Shown here: piece by piece, positions 24,219 to 37,073 of the stretch
Position numbering within the stretch: position 1 is the stretch's first letter
How the letters are laid out: each line of letters starts with the position of its first letter
Source of the DNA: Oopsacas minuta
Taxonomy: Eukaryota; Animalia; Porifera
Direction: 5' to 3'
NCBI GenBank assembly: GCA_024704765.1
Contig: JAKMXF010000349.1
Span: forward strand, 62,001 to 126,000
DNA: 64,000 nucleotides
Program-made: the position numbers and the translations under genes
Notes under the pieces: generated by a model
Told to the model about the DNA's origin: nothing
Seen by the model: the letters and a program-made list of their open reading frames with translations, nothing else
Database searches by the model: none

Positions 24219-26620
24219 CGGGAGTGGCGCCAGGAAATCCCCAACAAGGGGGGTTAGGTCCCCAATGGGGGTCTAAATTTGTTATATAAATCCTAGAATA
24301 CTACACTGTTTTAGCAGATAGATATATAACCATTCACACTTAACATTTATTTTACGCTTATAATGAGATTCTACATTTAGGAGACATTCTTTGAATCTAC
24401 TTATTATGGCGTCTAAGTCAAGCTAGCTGCCTCGATCCCGATGAATTCCTAGCATAAATAAGCTATCCAAACGGTTTTGTTTCATTATTTGGCGGAGATC
24501 ATTCTTTATTAGCCGCATTGAGCTGAAATTTTGTTCACACTCAGCCGTTGATACTGCCAAGGCACATGCAATTATGCACAATTCGATGAAGCTCAAAAAA
24601 TGCCTACTTTTAACTTCTGCAAATATGCCTGTAATTCAAGTAGCTATTCGCCCTTTCTTGGTCAGATTTTCTTACTAATAAGTGTTTAAAAGTGACAACG
24701 TCACATTTAAGAACACTGTTGTCGGACTTGAATAATTTTGCAAAGAGGATGAATGAATTTTCATCCATGAAACTGCTCGAGGTAGGGCATAAAGACGTGA
24801 TTCCTCTCATCATGACAATGTTTTTCTTGCTAAATCTTTATTTGAGCCCTAGAGAAACTTTGCTTATTATCTCACAAACCTCACAAAAAATAACCATCGA
24901 TCCTACTCCTTTAACTTCTTCAACATTAGCCTCAATGACATAATCGTGCAAGGCTGCTGGCATCCGTTTTCGTCTGACAAGTCGTGCACTATCAGGCATG
25001 TTTAAACGATTGCCCACTTCTTCTACTTCATCTCAAAAACTTTTGACACAGCTCTCTCGAGCTACAGGCTCCAATTTCATCTTTTAACATCGCAATTAGA
25101 TCGATCGTCCCACTAAGATCATTTGTTGGCTTTTGCAGAATATCTGAGGCAAATTGGCTTTCTTCAGAATATGCTTGATAATGAGAAGAATCTAATGAAG
25201 CGGCGATCTATCTCTAACAAGTATCCAGTTGCTTCAGTGGTACGGTTGATGTTACTATCGTTATCAATCACATCCTACAGTACTTCATAGACGATGTTGA
25301 TGCGTTTCCACACTGCTTCAAACTGTTTGGCTTGACAAGACCATCGAGTATCAGAAACTCTCCCAATCTCCATCTTCTTTACTTTATGTTGCTGCTGTAT
25401 TTTCTCCCACCTGAAATGAACCGTGCTGCTGCTCAAAAATGAGTATAGCTGTTTGAAAAGTGATAGCATATTGGCCACGCAATTGACTGAATTGACAACA
25501 TCGACGATTACCAGATTTAATCTGTGACAAAAACAATGAATGTAATAGTCCATTCACCACCAATTTTTTCAGGAATTTTCTTTTGAACTCCATTCAAATG
25601 ACCGGAGAAACAGATGCACTATCAGAACTTTGTCCAACACAGTTCTTCATGTTCGCATCAACTCTTCTTAACTGGTTGATAATGGTATCGGACAATCCAT
25701 CAGCATCCAAACTTTGTGCTTTAGCAATACTAATGATTTCTTCATGGATGTTGTTTTATAGCAGTATCGCACAGCTACAACGACTTGTTCTTTTTTGCTG
25801 GTATCTTTAGATTCGTCTGCAAGTATGGTGAAATATTTCGCCTCATGAACTTCTTCTTTGATTTGTTCCAATATCATATCCTTCATGATATTCAACAAAG
25901 TATTCTGGACTGTATGGTGTGTGTATTTCGCATTCATTGGACCAGTGAGAATCCCCATCCACAACGGGATCATGTCTGGCAATTAGAGCAATTATGCCAA
26001 GGAAATTTCTACAGGACGGACCAAAATCAGGACTTTCTTCGTTGATATCATCCACTCGAAATGATCTACCGTTCTCACGTTGGGCAATTTTCGGGTGAGC
26101 AGTGAACAGCAAAATTTCACATAATGTGCGTATATACACCCTATTTTCTCTAATTAGCTTCGCATGTGCAGACTCCTGGAGTTTAGCAACTGATTGAAAA
26201 CCACCAGACTTAACAGCTTGATACTGCGCATAAGCATCAACACATAAGGCATGCTGAAGGCTAGCTTGGTGTTGCATCTGTTTGTTGTACGGACTGTGGT
26301 TCCATAGCATTTCTTCCAATTGCGCATACCTTGGCTTACAAATATGGGCTCTTTTCTGTTTTGGGTGAAATGTCTACAGTGATAGCAGTAAATAGCATCT
26401 ACGCATTCCGAATACTCTATCCATGGGTATCTATCACAGGGACGCGGTAAATTCTCTATACTACTTGCCAATCATATGCAAAGGGAACTTTTTGTTACGA
26501 GGCTGTACTTGATTACCCTCTCTTGACATCGAAATATCTTTCTGGCTTGGACTGTAAACTTTCTCACTATATTGAATTCCCAAATTTGGTCCTGAATGCT
26601 AATATAGTCATCATCATGCA
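24219..26620 (-). pseudogene. Decayed hAT transposase (ZMYM1-like); only one putative terminus seen
   Basis: Minus-strand fragments RYPWIEYSECVDAIYCYHCRHF, TILADESKDTSKKEQVVVAVRY, YYIHCFCHRLNL, SDTRWS, VSTAECEQNFSSMRLIKNDLR. hAT-like end cgggagtggcgccagga...gggggg at 24219. Confidence 0.88.
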
Positions 26621-27193
26621 GTGTAGCTGAACAAATACAATTATAAATCAATACTACAAAAGCATAAACCAATATTACAATTATTCAATAATATGACTGA
26701 AACAAAGTTCCTCCTAAATATGGCTAATATTGGTGACAATACTGCTGAGTGCATCACAATTTTTATATACTATTGTATATGTCTTCGAGGTCAGCTGGAT
26801 CGGTCTTTTCTGACATCTCCCAATCGAACCCTCTTCACGCCCATAATACTCTTCCATCTCTTCGTTAGGGATCATATTTTAAGAACTTGAATCAGAAAAT
26901 ATAGAGGTATCACTTGAGTCAAAACATATCTCCATCGATTTTTCTGTTTCAAAGGATTCAACCAATTAGGTTTAAGTCTAGCCGGTACAGTATTCGCGGA
27001 TGGCCAGAAATCCCACACGTGTTAGTAGTATATTTGATTTCTGTTACATTTGCTTCTTTTTCTTTTAACTCTTGATACCGTATTAGTGCAACTTCTTAAT
27101 CTAAAAAATATGATTTTAGCTTTGCAGAAGTTTAGTCAATAACTATTAGTTTGTCAACATAAGTATAATTTATGGGATATAGGGGACACAAGT

Positions 27194-27990
27194 TCATACA
27201 CAAACACACAATATTTTTATTTTTGTGATTTTCCCAATGGCATTAAATACATCAAATAAATGATTCCCTCCTCCAAGCTGGCGGTAGTACTTATCAGCTG
27301 TACTCGGCTGGTGTTGCATATAATCTGTTACGATCTGTGTATCAGTGGTCTTCTCTGTAGCGCTATAAATGTTGCCGTTGCAATTCTTCAACCTGATGCA
27401 GTGATTGATTTACTTTCGATCTTGCTAGTTTGAGGAGTGAGTCCAGGCTTGACTGTACACCAGCATGGTTTATGGGCTGTCATTTTAAGACAGAAAAACT
27501 CCTCAAATTGTTTCTTGGTTCTTTTATTAATATTTCCTAGGACATTGTCTTGAAACTTTAAAAGTGCTTTGGACACCAGTTTTCCAAGAACACAACTTCG
27601 GGCTTCAACCTTCCCGTTTTGTGACTGTACATGTTATCTTCAATGATTCTTGGACCATTTCCGTTGCTGAAACTTCAGATCTTCTCATTTTGCAAACTAC
27701 GTCTGCACGCTGAGCGCTTCTAAAGATTATCTCACCAATGAGACCTGCCCTGTATTTTGTAATAGTCATTCTTGGTTTAACTTTCTCAGGCGTATAAGCA
27801 ATAAGCATATTAACTAGATTGACCCGAACGTTTGATGTTAGATATCCATTGATTTCCATTATATTTGTGTGGGTTATGTGCTCTGTACGTCTTCTCTTGT
27901 CTATGCTCTCTTCTTGACAATTCTGGTAGTGTAACTTTTAAACGAGTTTTCCATAAATGTTGCACATCTTTTTATCACTTCTTGTAGTAA
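27194..27990 (-). pseudogene. Tyrosine recombinase remnant (Crypton-like)
   Basis: Across frameshifts the YR catalytic set is readable: IIFRSAQRADVVCKM (Arg I), VQSHKTG (Lys), ITASG*RIATAT (Arg II), DYMQHQPSTADKYY (His, Tyr). Confidence 0.75.
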
Positions 27991-28331
27991 TTGAGATTGA
28001 TATAAAGTCCAACAAAACGGCCCATTAAACACTCAATCGAATACATGTAGTACCTAATCACTTATACATGATTGTATTTTGAATTAACACTAACATAATT
28101 GATTGGGATAATTTACTATACACTGTTGTACTTGGAAGAGTTCCAATCCCATTCGAGTATATTAGTGTTAATTTAATATACAATCATGTATAAGTGATCA
28201 GGTACTGCATGTATTCGATCGAGTGTTTAATGGGCAGTTTTGTTGGACTTTATATCAATCCCAATGGCTACAAGAAGTGACAAAAAGATGTGCAACATTT
28301 ATGGAAAACTCATTTCAAAGTTAAAATGCCA
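27925..28331. repeat. Long imperfect palindrome: two ~180-bp arms and a ~40-bp spacer
   Basis: 27925-28107 is the reverse complement of ~28147-28331, e.g. ttttccataaatgttgcacatcttttt...gattgatataaagtccaacaaaac. Each arm contains the start of the same coding sequence. Confidence 0.92.
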
Positions 28332-28941
28332 CTAAGCTCTAGTACACCCGAATACAGAAATAGATGTTCGCGAAATGATGATTCTTCGTGATAAGAAGAG
28401 AAAGGATAACAGCAATACCCAGGAGACCTACTTATGCTGTCCTGTTGTAGTGGATGGTAGAGCATGTGGCATTTCTAGTCTGGAGAAATGGTAAGTAAAT
28501 TATCAAAATAGTCAGTTTAATTATTTCTACATAATCCACATTTTAACGTAATAAGTAATACCAATTTCAGATGAGTAGTAAGAATGCCATAATACTGCCA
28601 AAAAGTTTGAAATGGGAAAAAATACCCCTATTGCTCAGTAAAAATTGAGATACTTTTGGATTAGATAATTATATATATTAACATTCATGACTCGCAGGTA
28701 TTATCGACATTTGCTCAGAACTCATATAATAAAATCAGTAACCAAAGAGGAAAGAGAAGTAATACTATTCGCAAAAGCTAATCGAATTTGCTTCGAAGAT
28801 GAAATAGTAGAAACGGTTGCAGAATCTGGTGAACAGGCCATTGGCAACATAATCTCACCAGAAATAAATAACATGAGCCTTCCTGAACCTATACCCTTCG
28901 AAACAGAGGAGAATCATGTGAACAGGCCATTGGCAAGTTAA
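28264..28941 (+). pseudogene. 5' part of a zinc-finger-like gene (probable N-terminus of the YR-element protein), possibly with an intron
   Basis: MATRSDKKMCNIYGKLISKLKCH..LVH, CPVVVDGRACG, RHLLRTH. GTAAGT donor near 28491 and a tttcag acceptor near 28570; stops and frameshifts. Confidence 0.45.
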
Positions 28942-29363
28942 TCTCATCAGAAATAGATGTACCTATACCTTCATCAACACTACCAGAATCTGGTGAAACA
29001 TTAAAGTTGGATATCCCATCTCGGAAAAAGAGACAACAGATTTTGGCAATTGGATTTAACGAACGAGAAGATCAAGAATTCAGTAGTAAGAACATACATA
29101 AATACACTGAAGTTGATATCACAAGATGATGCACTACAACGGGCAAATGACTATCTGAGAGAAATTTAAAGACATCAAAGTGAAGCTACATTTTTGATAA
29201 AGTACTGAGTGATGAGGTATTGGTCAGAGAACAAAGAATATGAACCAACACCAGAAATAAAATGTTTAAGTTTTAGAGGAACAGAGAAATAGGACAGTTT
29301 TTGCAAACTATATATATAATGCATGTACAAGAATAATTTCGAATTTACAATAATTAAACAATC

Positions 29364-29476
29364 AATGTCCTTTAACTTGTTAATGTCCCTTTAATCTGCG
29401 AATGTCCCTTTAACCTATCAATTTCCCTTTAACCTATTAATGTCCCTTTAGCGTATCGATGTCCCTTTAACCTACT
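29364..29476 (+). repeat. Minisatellite, six 18-19-bp units (consensus aatgtccctttaacctatc)
   Basis: Units start at 29364, 29382, 29401, 29420, 29439 and 29458; conserved core with a variable last 5-6 nt. Confidence 0.9.
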
Positions 29477-30051
29477 CATTTATTTGACTATTTCTCAATT
29501 TCTTCCATCATTCATCATTGATTTCATGCAGCTTTACATTTTTCTGTTTATTGGTAATTGATTTGTATTGATTTTCCATTCATTCAATTCGTTTCCCTTA
29601 AACCTAAGTTGTCGTGTATTCCTAAACATAAATCAAGTTTCTTGTGATATATTAGATGTATACATGCGCTGAGCTATGCGCAGAGTTCTGGGAACGCATG
29701 CGCAATGTACTTTTTAACATCCCCAAATTGAGGTAGAATCATACTTTCAACTACTATACATGGGTAATCGAGTATGCTGAGTCTGAATATGGGTACATAA
29801 AGTAAGCAGGTTTAACGATTATGGCATTTTCATGTTTGCTACGGTTAAGATTATGAGTTTATGTGTTTGAGGGGCGTAGGCCCGAGTGTTGACCCGCAAT
29901 GTTCGCAACCGCGTAGAGCGAGCAAGAAAAGCGCGCTCGTACAGGTTTAAAATCCGATTAGGAATGTAAATACTGCTTGAATGTTTTTAATTTATTATGC
30001 TCATTGCTATTTGATCATTTATTCAATTAATACGCTTCCTTGGTTTGATAG

Positions 30052-31278
30052 ATGACGTGCATATTTTCTGAATCTTTTTGGGAACCCGAATATTGTGGAA
30101 CTCGTGGGTTTGACGTTTTAATCAAAAGAATGAAAGAGGGTAAGAGAATGTGTATTGATTTTGAAGAGTTCCTTCACCAAAGAGCTGTTATTGAGGAACG
30201 ATATGCAAGGGATATGCTCGCCCTAGCCAAAAAACCTGGTGCAAAAGATGAAATTGGTACTCTCAAGGATTCCTGGTTAAAAATGAAGGAAGATACTGAA
30301 AATATTGCTCAATATCACATGTTGTTGGCTAATAAGTTGAGAAATGAATTGGAATTGAAAGTTAGAGAATTTCATATTCGTCAACGTGAGGAGCGTAAAA
30401 AAGCAGAAGATACTGTCAAGCGGGCACAAGCGCACAAACGAAGGTGTTTCGATAATCATAATCGAGCTAAAAGAGATTATGAAACAAAGTGCAGAGAAGC
30501 AGACAAAGCTGAAGAATTGGCCCTTACGCATCAGGGAACCAAAGATTCTGAAAAGGTGAATAATAAACACCGTCGAGCCAAAGAGAGTTCAGAAGCGGCA
30601 GATCATCAGTATAAAGAAACTGTTGTAGTCCTTGAAGAAGCAAGGGTTCACTGGGAACGTGAATATGAATTATGTTGTGTCAAATTCCAAGCATTAGAAG
30701 AAGAACGTGTTGACTTTTTGCGAAATATCATATGGATCTTTACTAATATCTTATCTCAAGCTTGTGTTCATGTAGATGAACGAATGGAACAAATCCGCAA
30801 AGTTTTGGAAGTATGTGATATTGAAAAGGACATTGATGAATTCGTCCGTAACTATAGAACTAGTTCGGATCATCCTTCTGAGATTGTTTACCAGAATTTT
30901 TATCAACCAAAGCAAAATAGCAATTCAAAAAACATTCCAATACCTCATAAATCAAGTGATAAACGCCCATTGCCTGCTCTTCCTCCTCAAAATTCTGCTA
31001 TTGCTACTATTCAAAGTCAAGAATCTCAGGATAATTACAGTTCACCTGATGAAGTAATATTACAAGCGAATCCTTCAGATCATTATGATTCACTCAGTGA
31101 TAAAAAGAAAGTTTCTGTATTATATGATTATGTTTCCCAAGGTCAACAGGAGCTTAATTTAAAAGTTGGAGATAAAGTGGTCGTAATTTACGAAGAAGAT
31201 GAATTATGGTGGTATGGCCAAGATATGATAGGAAATCAGGGAATGTTCCCCAGTACTTTCGTTTCGGAAAGTGTCTGA
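30052..31278 (+). CDS. PSTPIP1: PSTPIP1-like F-BAR and SH3 domain protein (408 aa), intronless
   Basis: N-terminal FSESFW...GFDVLIKRMKEGKRMCIDFEEFLHQRAVIEERY (FCH/F-BAR, parallels PSTPIP1), coiled-coil body, low-complexity proline-rich linker, C-terminal SH3 (VLYDY...ELNLKVGDKV...WWYG...GMFPSTFV). Confidence 0.9.
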   Translation: MTCIFSESFWEPEYCGTRGFDVLIKRMKEGKRMCIDFEEFLHQRAVIEERYARDMLALAKKPGAKDEIGTLKDSWLKMKEDTENIAQYHMLLANKLRNELELKVREFHIRQREERKKAEDTVKRAQAHKRRCFDNHNRAKRDYETKCREADKAEELALTHQGTKDSEKVNNKHRRAKESSEAADHQYKETVVVLEEARVHWEREYELCCVKFQALEEERVDFLRNIIWIFTNILSQACVHVDERMEQIRKVLEVCDIEKDIDEFVRNYRTSSDHPSEIVYQNFYQPKQNSNSKNIPIPHKSSDKRPLPALPPQNSAIATIQSQESQDNYSSPDEVILQANPSDHYDSLSDKKKVSVLYDYVSQGQQELNLKVGDKVVVIYEEDELWWYGQDMIGNQGMFPSTFVSESV

Positions 31279-32898
31279 CTCAGTTACCAACTATCTAACA
31301 TTTTTCGAGCATGATCCGCAGGGGCGTTATCTTTATTATGAAGCTTGTTAATATAATGGCTATAGAATGTTTGATTATGGATTATATGTTGAAATAACAG
31401 AATATTTTCCGAATTGTTAATTATAGCTGACTTTCAAAACCACATTTATTTTTATAGATCCCAAATGCCAAGGGCTACTGTTTTTATGGTAGAGGTTAGT
31501 AATTGAATTCCTAAATTGGATCAATCAAAATTTAATTCTAGTAGTCTGAACTTGTAAACTTGGTCCAGGTCTGATTCTGAACTATATTGTCGCGTTTTAG
31601 ACTATCCTAAATTCACGAATATATTCGAGATATGCATGTGAACCTTTTGGTGGCTGCATAAAGTCTTCTACTGCCATTTTCCATTTTTAGGGCGATAAGG
31701 GAGTGGACAGTATTTGAATTCATGAATTACTCAATAATTGCTGGATATCCAAATGTCGATTATTTGCAAATGTATTTCATTGTTTTGGACTGAAATATTT
31801 TTGAGATGCATAATCAAACAATTGATTAATGGCCTATTTTCCCGAATTATTCAAATTACGTTTGGAATTTAGTCAGGGTGATAGGTGTGAATTTTCTTCT
31901 AAGAATCGAATTTGCCCCAGCCAGCGCCTAAGTACCCCTTCAATCCTAAAAAAATGCGGGAAGAGGGTTCAGATGAATTTTGTTTTACAGATATCATGGA
32001 TTTATCATCCATAAATCCTTACTCATTTGATTATCGATCGATTTGGATTTACAAATTCAAACACTCATGGATTTCAGATGAAATTGGATTGTCCAAAGCC
32101 CCAAAAGTTAATTAAATCCATGAACTTAATAGATTTTGTCAATTTTTAATATGGATTTTATTTTCATATCAGTATCTCTTATGGATTTGTATTGGATTTC
32201 TACTACTTAATGTCCTGTGTAGAATGGATTACCAAGTGGTGACGCAAGCTCTCCGCGACTAAACGGCTGAACTAGGCTGCAAAATTTTGTTGGGCTGCGT
32301 TTATTTGAAAATTATCGAAGCGAAATCCAATTTATAATTTTGGACCAATTAAGAAAATTTTGTCTGATTACTACATTGAAAAACATCACCCAAATTACGC
32401 TGAGCAAACGAATTGAAATATATTCCAGGTAAAGAACAACATTACTTGTATTATATTTTAATTCAGTCGAAACCTGGTTTTTTTATTCTAATTTTACGTA
32501 CACATATTATTTAATTCATAATTATCCATAAAATTCAGATGTCCAAAATTTTGTTGAATTTAGACAAAATTCGCTTAATTCGAGACAATTCTTTTATATA
32601 CAAGTGATTATTTAAAACTTTGTCTCACGAAAGGAGGCAAACCATCGGCAAATTTTATATTTTGTTCTACAGGTGAGATGGCTCCACCATACAATATCTA
32701 AATTGCTATGGGGTTATTTGGCATAAAATTGGAGCAACGCTGCTGTATGGCATTTTTTATAGAAATTTTACGGTTAATTGGGAACTCCGCAAAATCGGGA
32801 GAAGATAATTGGAACTGATGTGTCCCGATTCAGCAGCGATGACTGCATTTTATGCTGTAAAGAATTGTCAAAAACCGACTGTAGCTCTGAGGAGGATA

Positions 32899-33082
32899 CA
32901 GTAGAACTCGGATAAGACGTACCCCCTCGGGAAACAAAATTAATACTCATCACTTATCCGAATATTTTCCTATACTATTAGCACAAAAATTGATACTGGA
33001 AGCCATTTTGGAGAAAATTACGTACGCACTAACAAAGTATATCTTAAATCAAGTACGGAGTACATAATAGGCGACTTCTACT
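32899..33082. mobile_element. ~185-bp pogo/Tigger-like MITE (degenerate)
   Basis: TA|cagtagaactcggataagacgtac versus the reverse complement of the right end, agtagaagtcgcctattatgtac. Confidence 0.5.
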
Positions 33083-35084
33083 TAGTAATTTGACTAGAAC
33101 ATCGCATAAAGTAATATTATTTTTATTATTTCTATACGTTTACATAATATACTGATTAATTGTATTTTCTGTGTATACATGATGGGTGGGCACATATTTT
33201 CATGAGGATCACTTTTTTCATTGGAAATTCTTCGGGCAACCACGAACCTAAGTGTCCTAAAGTGTATATCTATTAACGACTGAAATTATTCTGGATTCGA
33301 GCCAAAATATTTTTGCTAGATATATATCATTGTAAATTCTGGGTTGATCTTAGTTTTTGGAATGTTCGAAATGTCATATCCGTTTTATATAATATTTAAG
33401 GAATAGTTACGTATTTACTTTATGTGTGCTCGATTCGTCCTAACTTGAGGGAATACATATCACGATGTGTAAACAGTATAGTTTTGATAATCGCTCCAAA
33501 ATAGAAAAATGATGAAGGGTTTGTATGATGTTAATTATGGGGAGGTTTACCCTGCCATTTCCCGTTTACCTCCCCAGTAATTTTATTCCATTTTTCGATA
33601 GTTCTCTATCTTGCGAATAAGTGGTAAAAAATTTAGACATCTATTATAAATATTATATGATAACTCTCTAATATTTTACCACTTATTAAATATTTTCGAT
33701 TTTACCTAGCATATCTGAATTTTGGCCTCAAATCACCCAACCTTAAAAGACAATTCTTCTGTTGAAGAATTATCGCAAAATATTCATATATATACTAACT
33801 AATCTCTGGTAAATACCCACTCCGAACATTCCAGGAGTTGCTCAAAATGGCCTAGAACTATGAATGTTCTGGTCACAAAATTTCCATGGTGAGCCAACGA
33901 ATAACAGACTAGGATGGATTTCTCTAGTTTGTTCCTCTCATATGAGTATGGTCAACTCAACTCAGTTTCGCTTAATTGAGGAACCTTGTGTATTCGCAGA
34001 ATGTATCCAAATATCAAGATAATCCTTCGATTCAAAAGCGAGTAAATTTTCTCCATCTCGCCAATTTGTCCAAGCCTCCAGTGAGTTTTCTCCATACATG
34101 GCCAATTATATTTTATTCATGATTGGTAATATCATTATGTGCAAAATAATTCAATTTGGTTTTGTCATTGTATGTCATCGCAAATATGAATTCAGGCCAG
34201 GGGATCCCTGGGCGATTAATTTCCAATTATATGAGTTTTATCAAAAATATTCCTCATTTTATAGTTTAACATTTTGTTAGCCAACCAAAACTTTAGTGTA
34301 ATGATCGCGCTAGAAAAAGTTATATGGGAATTTGTTGTTATAAAGGAAATCCAGCTATGAGACTAGGAATTGCTTAACAAAGTTAGGCCGGTATAAATCT
34401 TTCGATGGGAATTAATAATCATTCAAAGATTATCAGGCAACACGAGACAAGTCTGCATACACTCAAACCTCTTTTAGCCAAACCACCGAAATATGGGGAC
34501 CTCCCTCAACCTGGCACCATTTCCCAAAAGGATTAAAATTAATGAAACCATTTTCATTAAGTGCTGTCTTTACTTGTTCGTCATTTCTAAATCTAATTAG
34601 TGTTTTTTACTAAAAACAAACATCTAGATTCGTCAATAAAAGTAAATCTCGATATTTATCTTGTTTAGGTCTAAATAATATAGATATGAGCATTTGGACC
34701 TATATTATCCTGGGCTTTCCTAAACATAATTTATCGATATCCAGGAAAAGGTCCTGCGGACTATATTATTTGGCAAGTATAGTGTTAAACTATCAATTGA
34801 TGTTTAATTTTGTAGTAGAAATAGCGTGAAACCTCAATTAACATGGTTTCCGCACTTATTTGTATCCAGTCTTTAATATTCTATTCAAAATAATTATCTC
34901 GAGAATCCTGGACACATAGGAATTTTGGAGTAAATCCTGGACAATCGTCTTATAGTCGACTCCACTCAAAGGGCCACAGGTTAATAGAGTAAACCTGTAA
35001 ACATTTCTTCATCCAACATAAATACAAGTGACCAGCAATATACAAAAACAATTATGCTAATTTAATTCATTTTAACACATTTAC

Positions 35085-35180
35085 AAATACAAATACGGAC
35101 ATGAATGCAAGTACAAATACAAAGATGAATACAAAAATACAAATGCAGTTATAAATACAAATACAAATACAAATGCAAAA
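35085..35180 (+). repeat. Degenerate (AAATAC)n simple repeat
   Basis: acaaatacaaatac...aaatacaaatacaaatacaaatgc. Confidence 0.6.
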
Positions 35181-35229
35181 AAGATGGGTTTACTAATGAT
35201 AAATTATCTTGTTGTACTATGCGCTACTC

Positions 35230-36502
35230 GTATTTTTTTGGTACAATAAACAAATATCAATTGTTCAAAACGTTCATCGCTTAGACAACATCTCTCTGGA
35301 CGAAATATTTACCTGCAACGCTAAATTTCGTCTGCTGGAGGTGAAGATGCAGGTGTAGAAAGGTATTAGCTTGCCAACTGTGAGAGCTAGGGATATTCAT
35401 GTACCATTCTTTTCCAGAAGTTTAGAGGATTACAAGACTCATTTTCCAACTTCTTCCTAGCCAGTTTAACACAAAGCTGAAGTGTATGTACAAAATATGG
35501 ATGATGTGTTGGTAAATATTCCAAGCATCACTTTTATACATATCAACTATCTCAATTCGTTATCATCTGAATCTTCTTCTATTCAGTTACATCCATACAA
35601 GGTACAAAGCTGCAAATAGGTCACTGATCCATTTAATTATTATCTGACTCATCCTGACCCATTATATGTTTGATTATTATAAGAAAATATGTATTTAGTT
35701 CAATGAAACTATGTTGTTTATATCCTGCTAACACGCTCGAGACAGCTTGGATAGTCTCTGTGGCAACATGGCATTACTTTGAGATTTTATAATATGCCAA
35801 GCATTGAAGGCACCGAAGCTTTACTGATGAATGCCGTTGCTATTAGTATACCTAAATACAAATGTATATATTACTCGCACTTTATGGCATTCCAAACTTT
35901 CAGTATAATGACCACCATTATTAACTCTATTATCAACGAGGTACTCTGAAGTAATACCTCGTAAGCATACATTATATATGAAATTAGACTAAAGCATTGA
36001 TGGGTCATGATCCATGACCCACTGACCAATCTCCAGCTCTGACCAGGTAACGTAACAAATGCTCTCAATATATTTGAGGGATTATCTGTCACAATAAACC
36101 TCACTTCGCCTTGCAATTTGAAGAGAGATTATTTCTTCGTATTGAGAAGAATATGTTCAACATTTTGTGGCCCACTGGAAACGAGTACAGGCTAGCATTG
36201 CAGAAATGAGTTTAAAGCAATTGATGTAGTGACAGGTAATCCCTAGATAAGAGCGCATACTACGATTGGACCATTTATCAAGAGTCAGACTCACTAAATT
36301 TGTAGATTTCATGATCTTCAATATTTTTCATGTTATGTTGATTTATGCTTGGAAGAAGAGAAATATTAAGGTGTTTATGAGCGGAGATGGAATATTCAGG
36401 TTTTAAGAAACCAATAATGTTTCTATAATATGGACAATCAACAATAGAGAGAGTTTGATTGCTACCAGCAACAAATGCGATAAGTAAACGTGACGAAACC
36501 AC
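35230..36502 (-). pseudogene. Old Ac/ZBED-type hAT transposase remnant
   Basis: Minus-strand fragments PLSIV-like (QTLSIVDCPYY...KPEY), VRFIVTDNPSN, and YLSTPASS...FSVAGK.FRPERCCLSDERFEQL (hATC domain after frame repair). Confidence 0.75.
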
Positions 36503-36909
36503 CTGTCGGGAATTGGTGCCAGGCCATTTTAAGAAATAGTAGGGGTGAATTGGTCAAAGTGCATATGCTCATTATTCCTTTACTTTTCAGCTTAAGCTGA
36601 TCAAATCTTTCTTATGGTGTCTCTTCACTTGCGTTCATAAATTTGAGGTACATTTTTAGTCCCAGAAAATGACTTGTTACAATGTTTGGAGATAGAAGAA
36701 TATTGTTCGGGATTACTCATATCAGGAATAATGGGTCCAAAACCACCAAACACACTATTCAACATTATCCTATGTATTATTTTGCAAAGAGAAGAATTGT
36801 TAAAAAAACAAAATTATTTTGGTAATATGTAGCCTTGATTATATTTCTGTATATTCAACATTAATGCATATTATCAAAATAAGCTGACATCTGTTATGAA
36901 AAAAACATA

Positions 36910-37073
36910 CAGTAGACTCTCGTTAATACGTACACCAGGGTACTGCAAAATTCGTACTCCTTATCCGAAGTACGTATTATCCGAAGTATTATCCATTGAA
37001 AAGGCACCGAAGGGGACTGAAAGTGTACAAATTTCTACTCCTTTTCCGTGTTCGTATAAACGAGACTCTACTG
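36910..37073. mobile_element. 164-bp pogo/Tigger-like MITE
   Basis: TIRs cagtagactctcgttaatacg / cagtagagtctcgtttatacg with TA on both flanks. Confidence 0.85.

Noticed and set aside
29364-29476. Repeat array considered as a CRISPR array
   Set aside because: The period is only 18-19 bp with 5-6 variable bases, there are no spacer-length unique segments or cas genes, and the context is eukaryotic.
29695-29704. NRF1-like motif CGCATGCGCA ~350 bp upstream of PSTPIP1
   Set aside because: A single partial 10-mer without transcript start data is not enough to call a promoter element.
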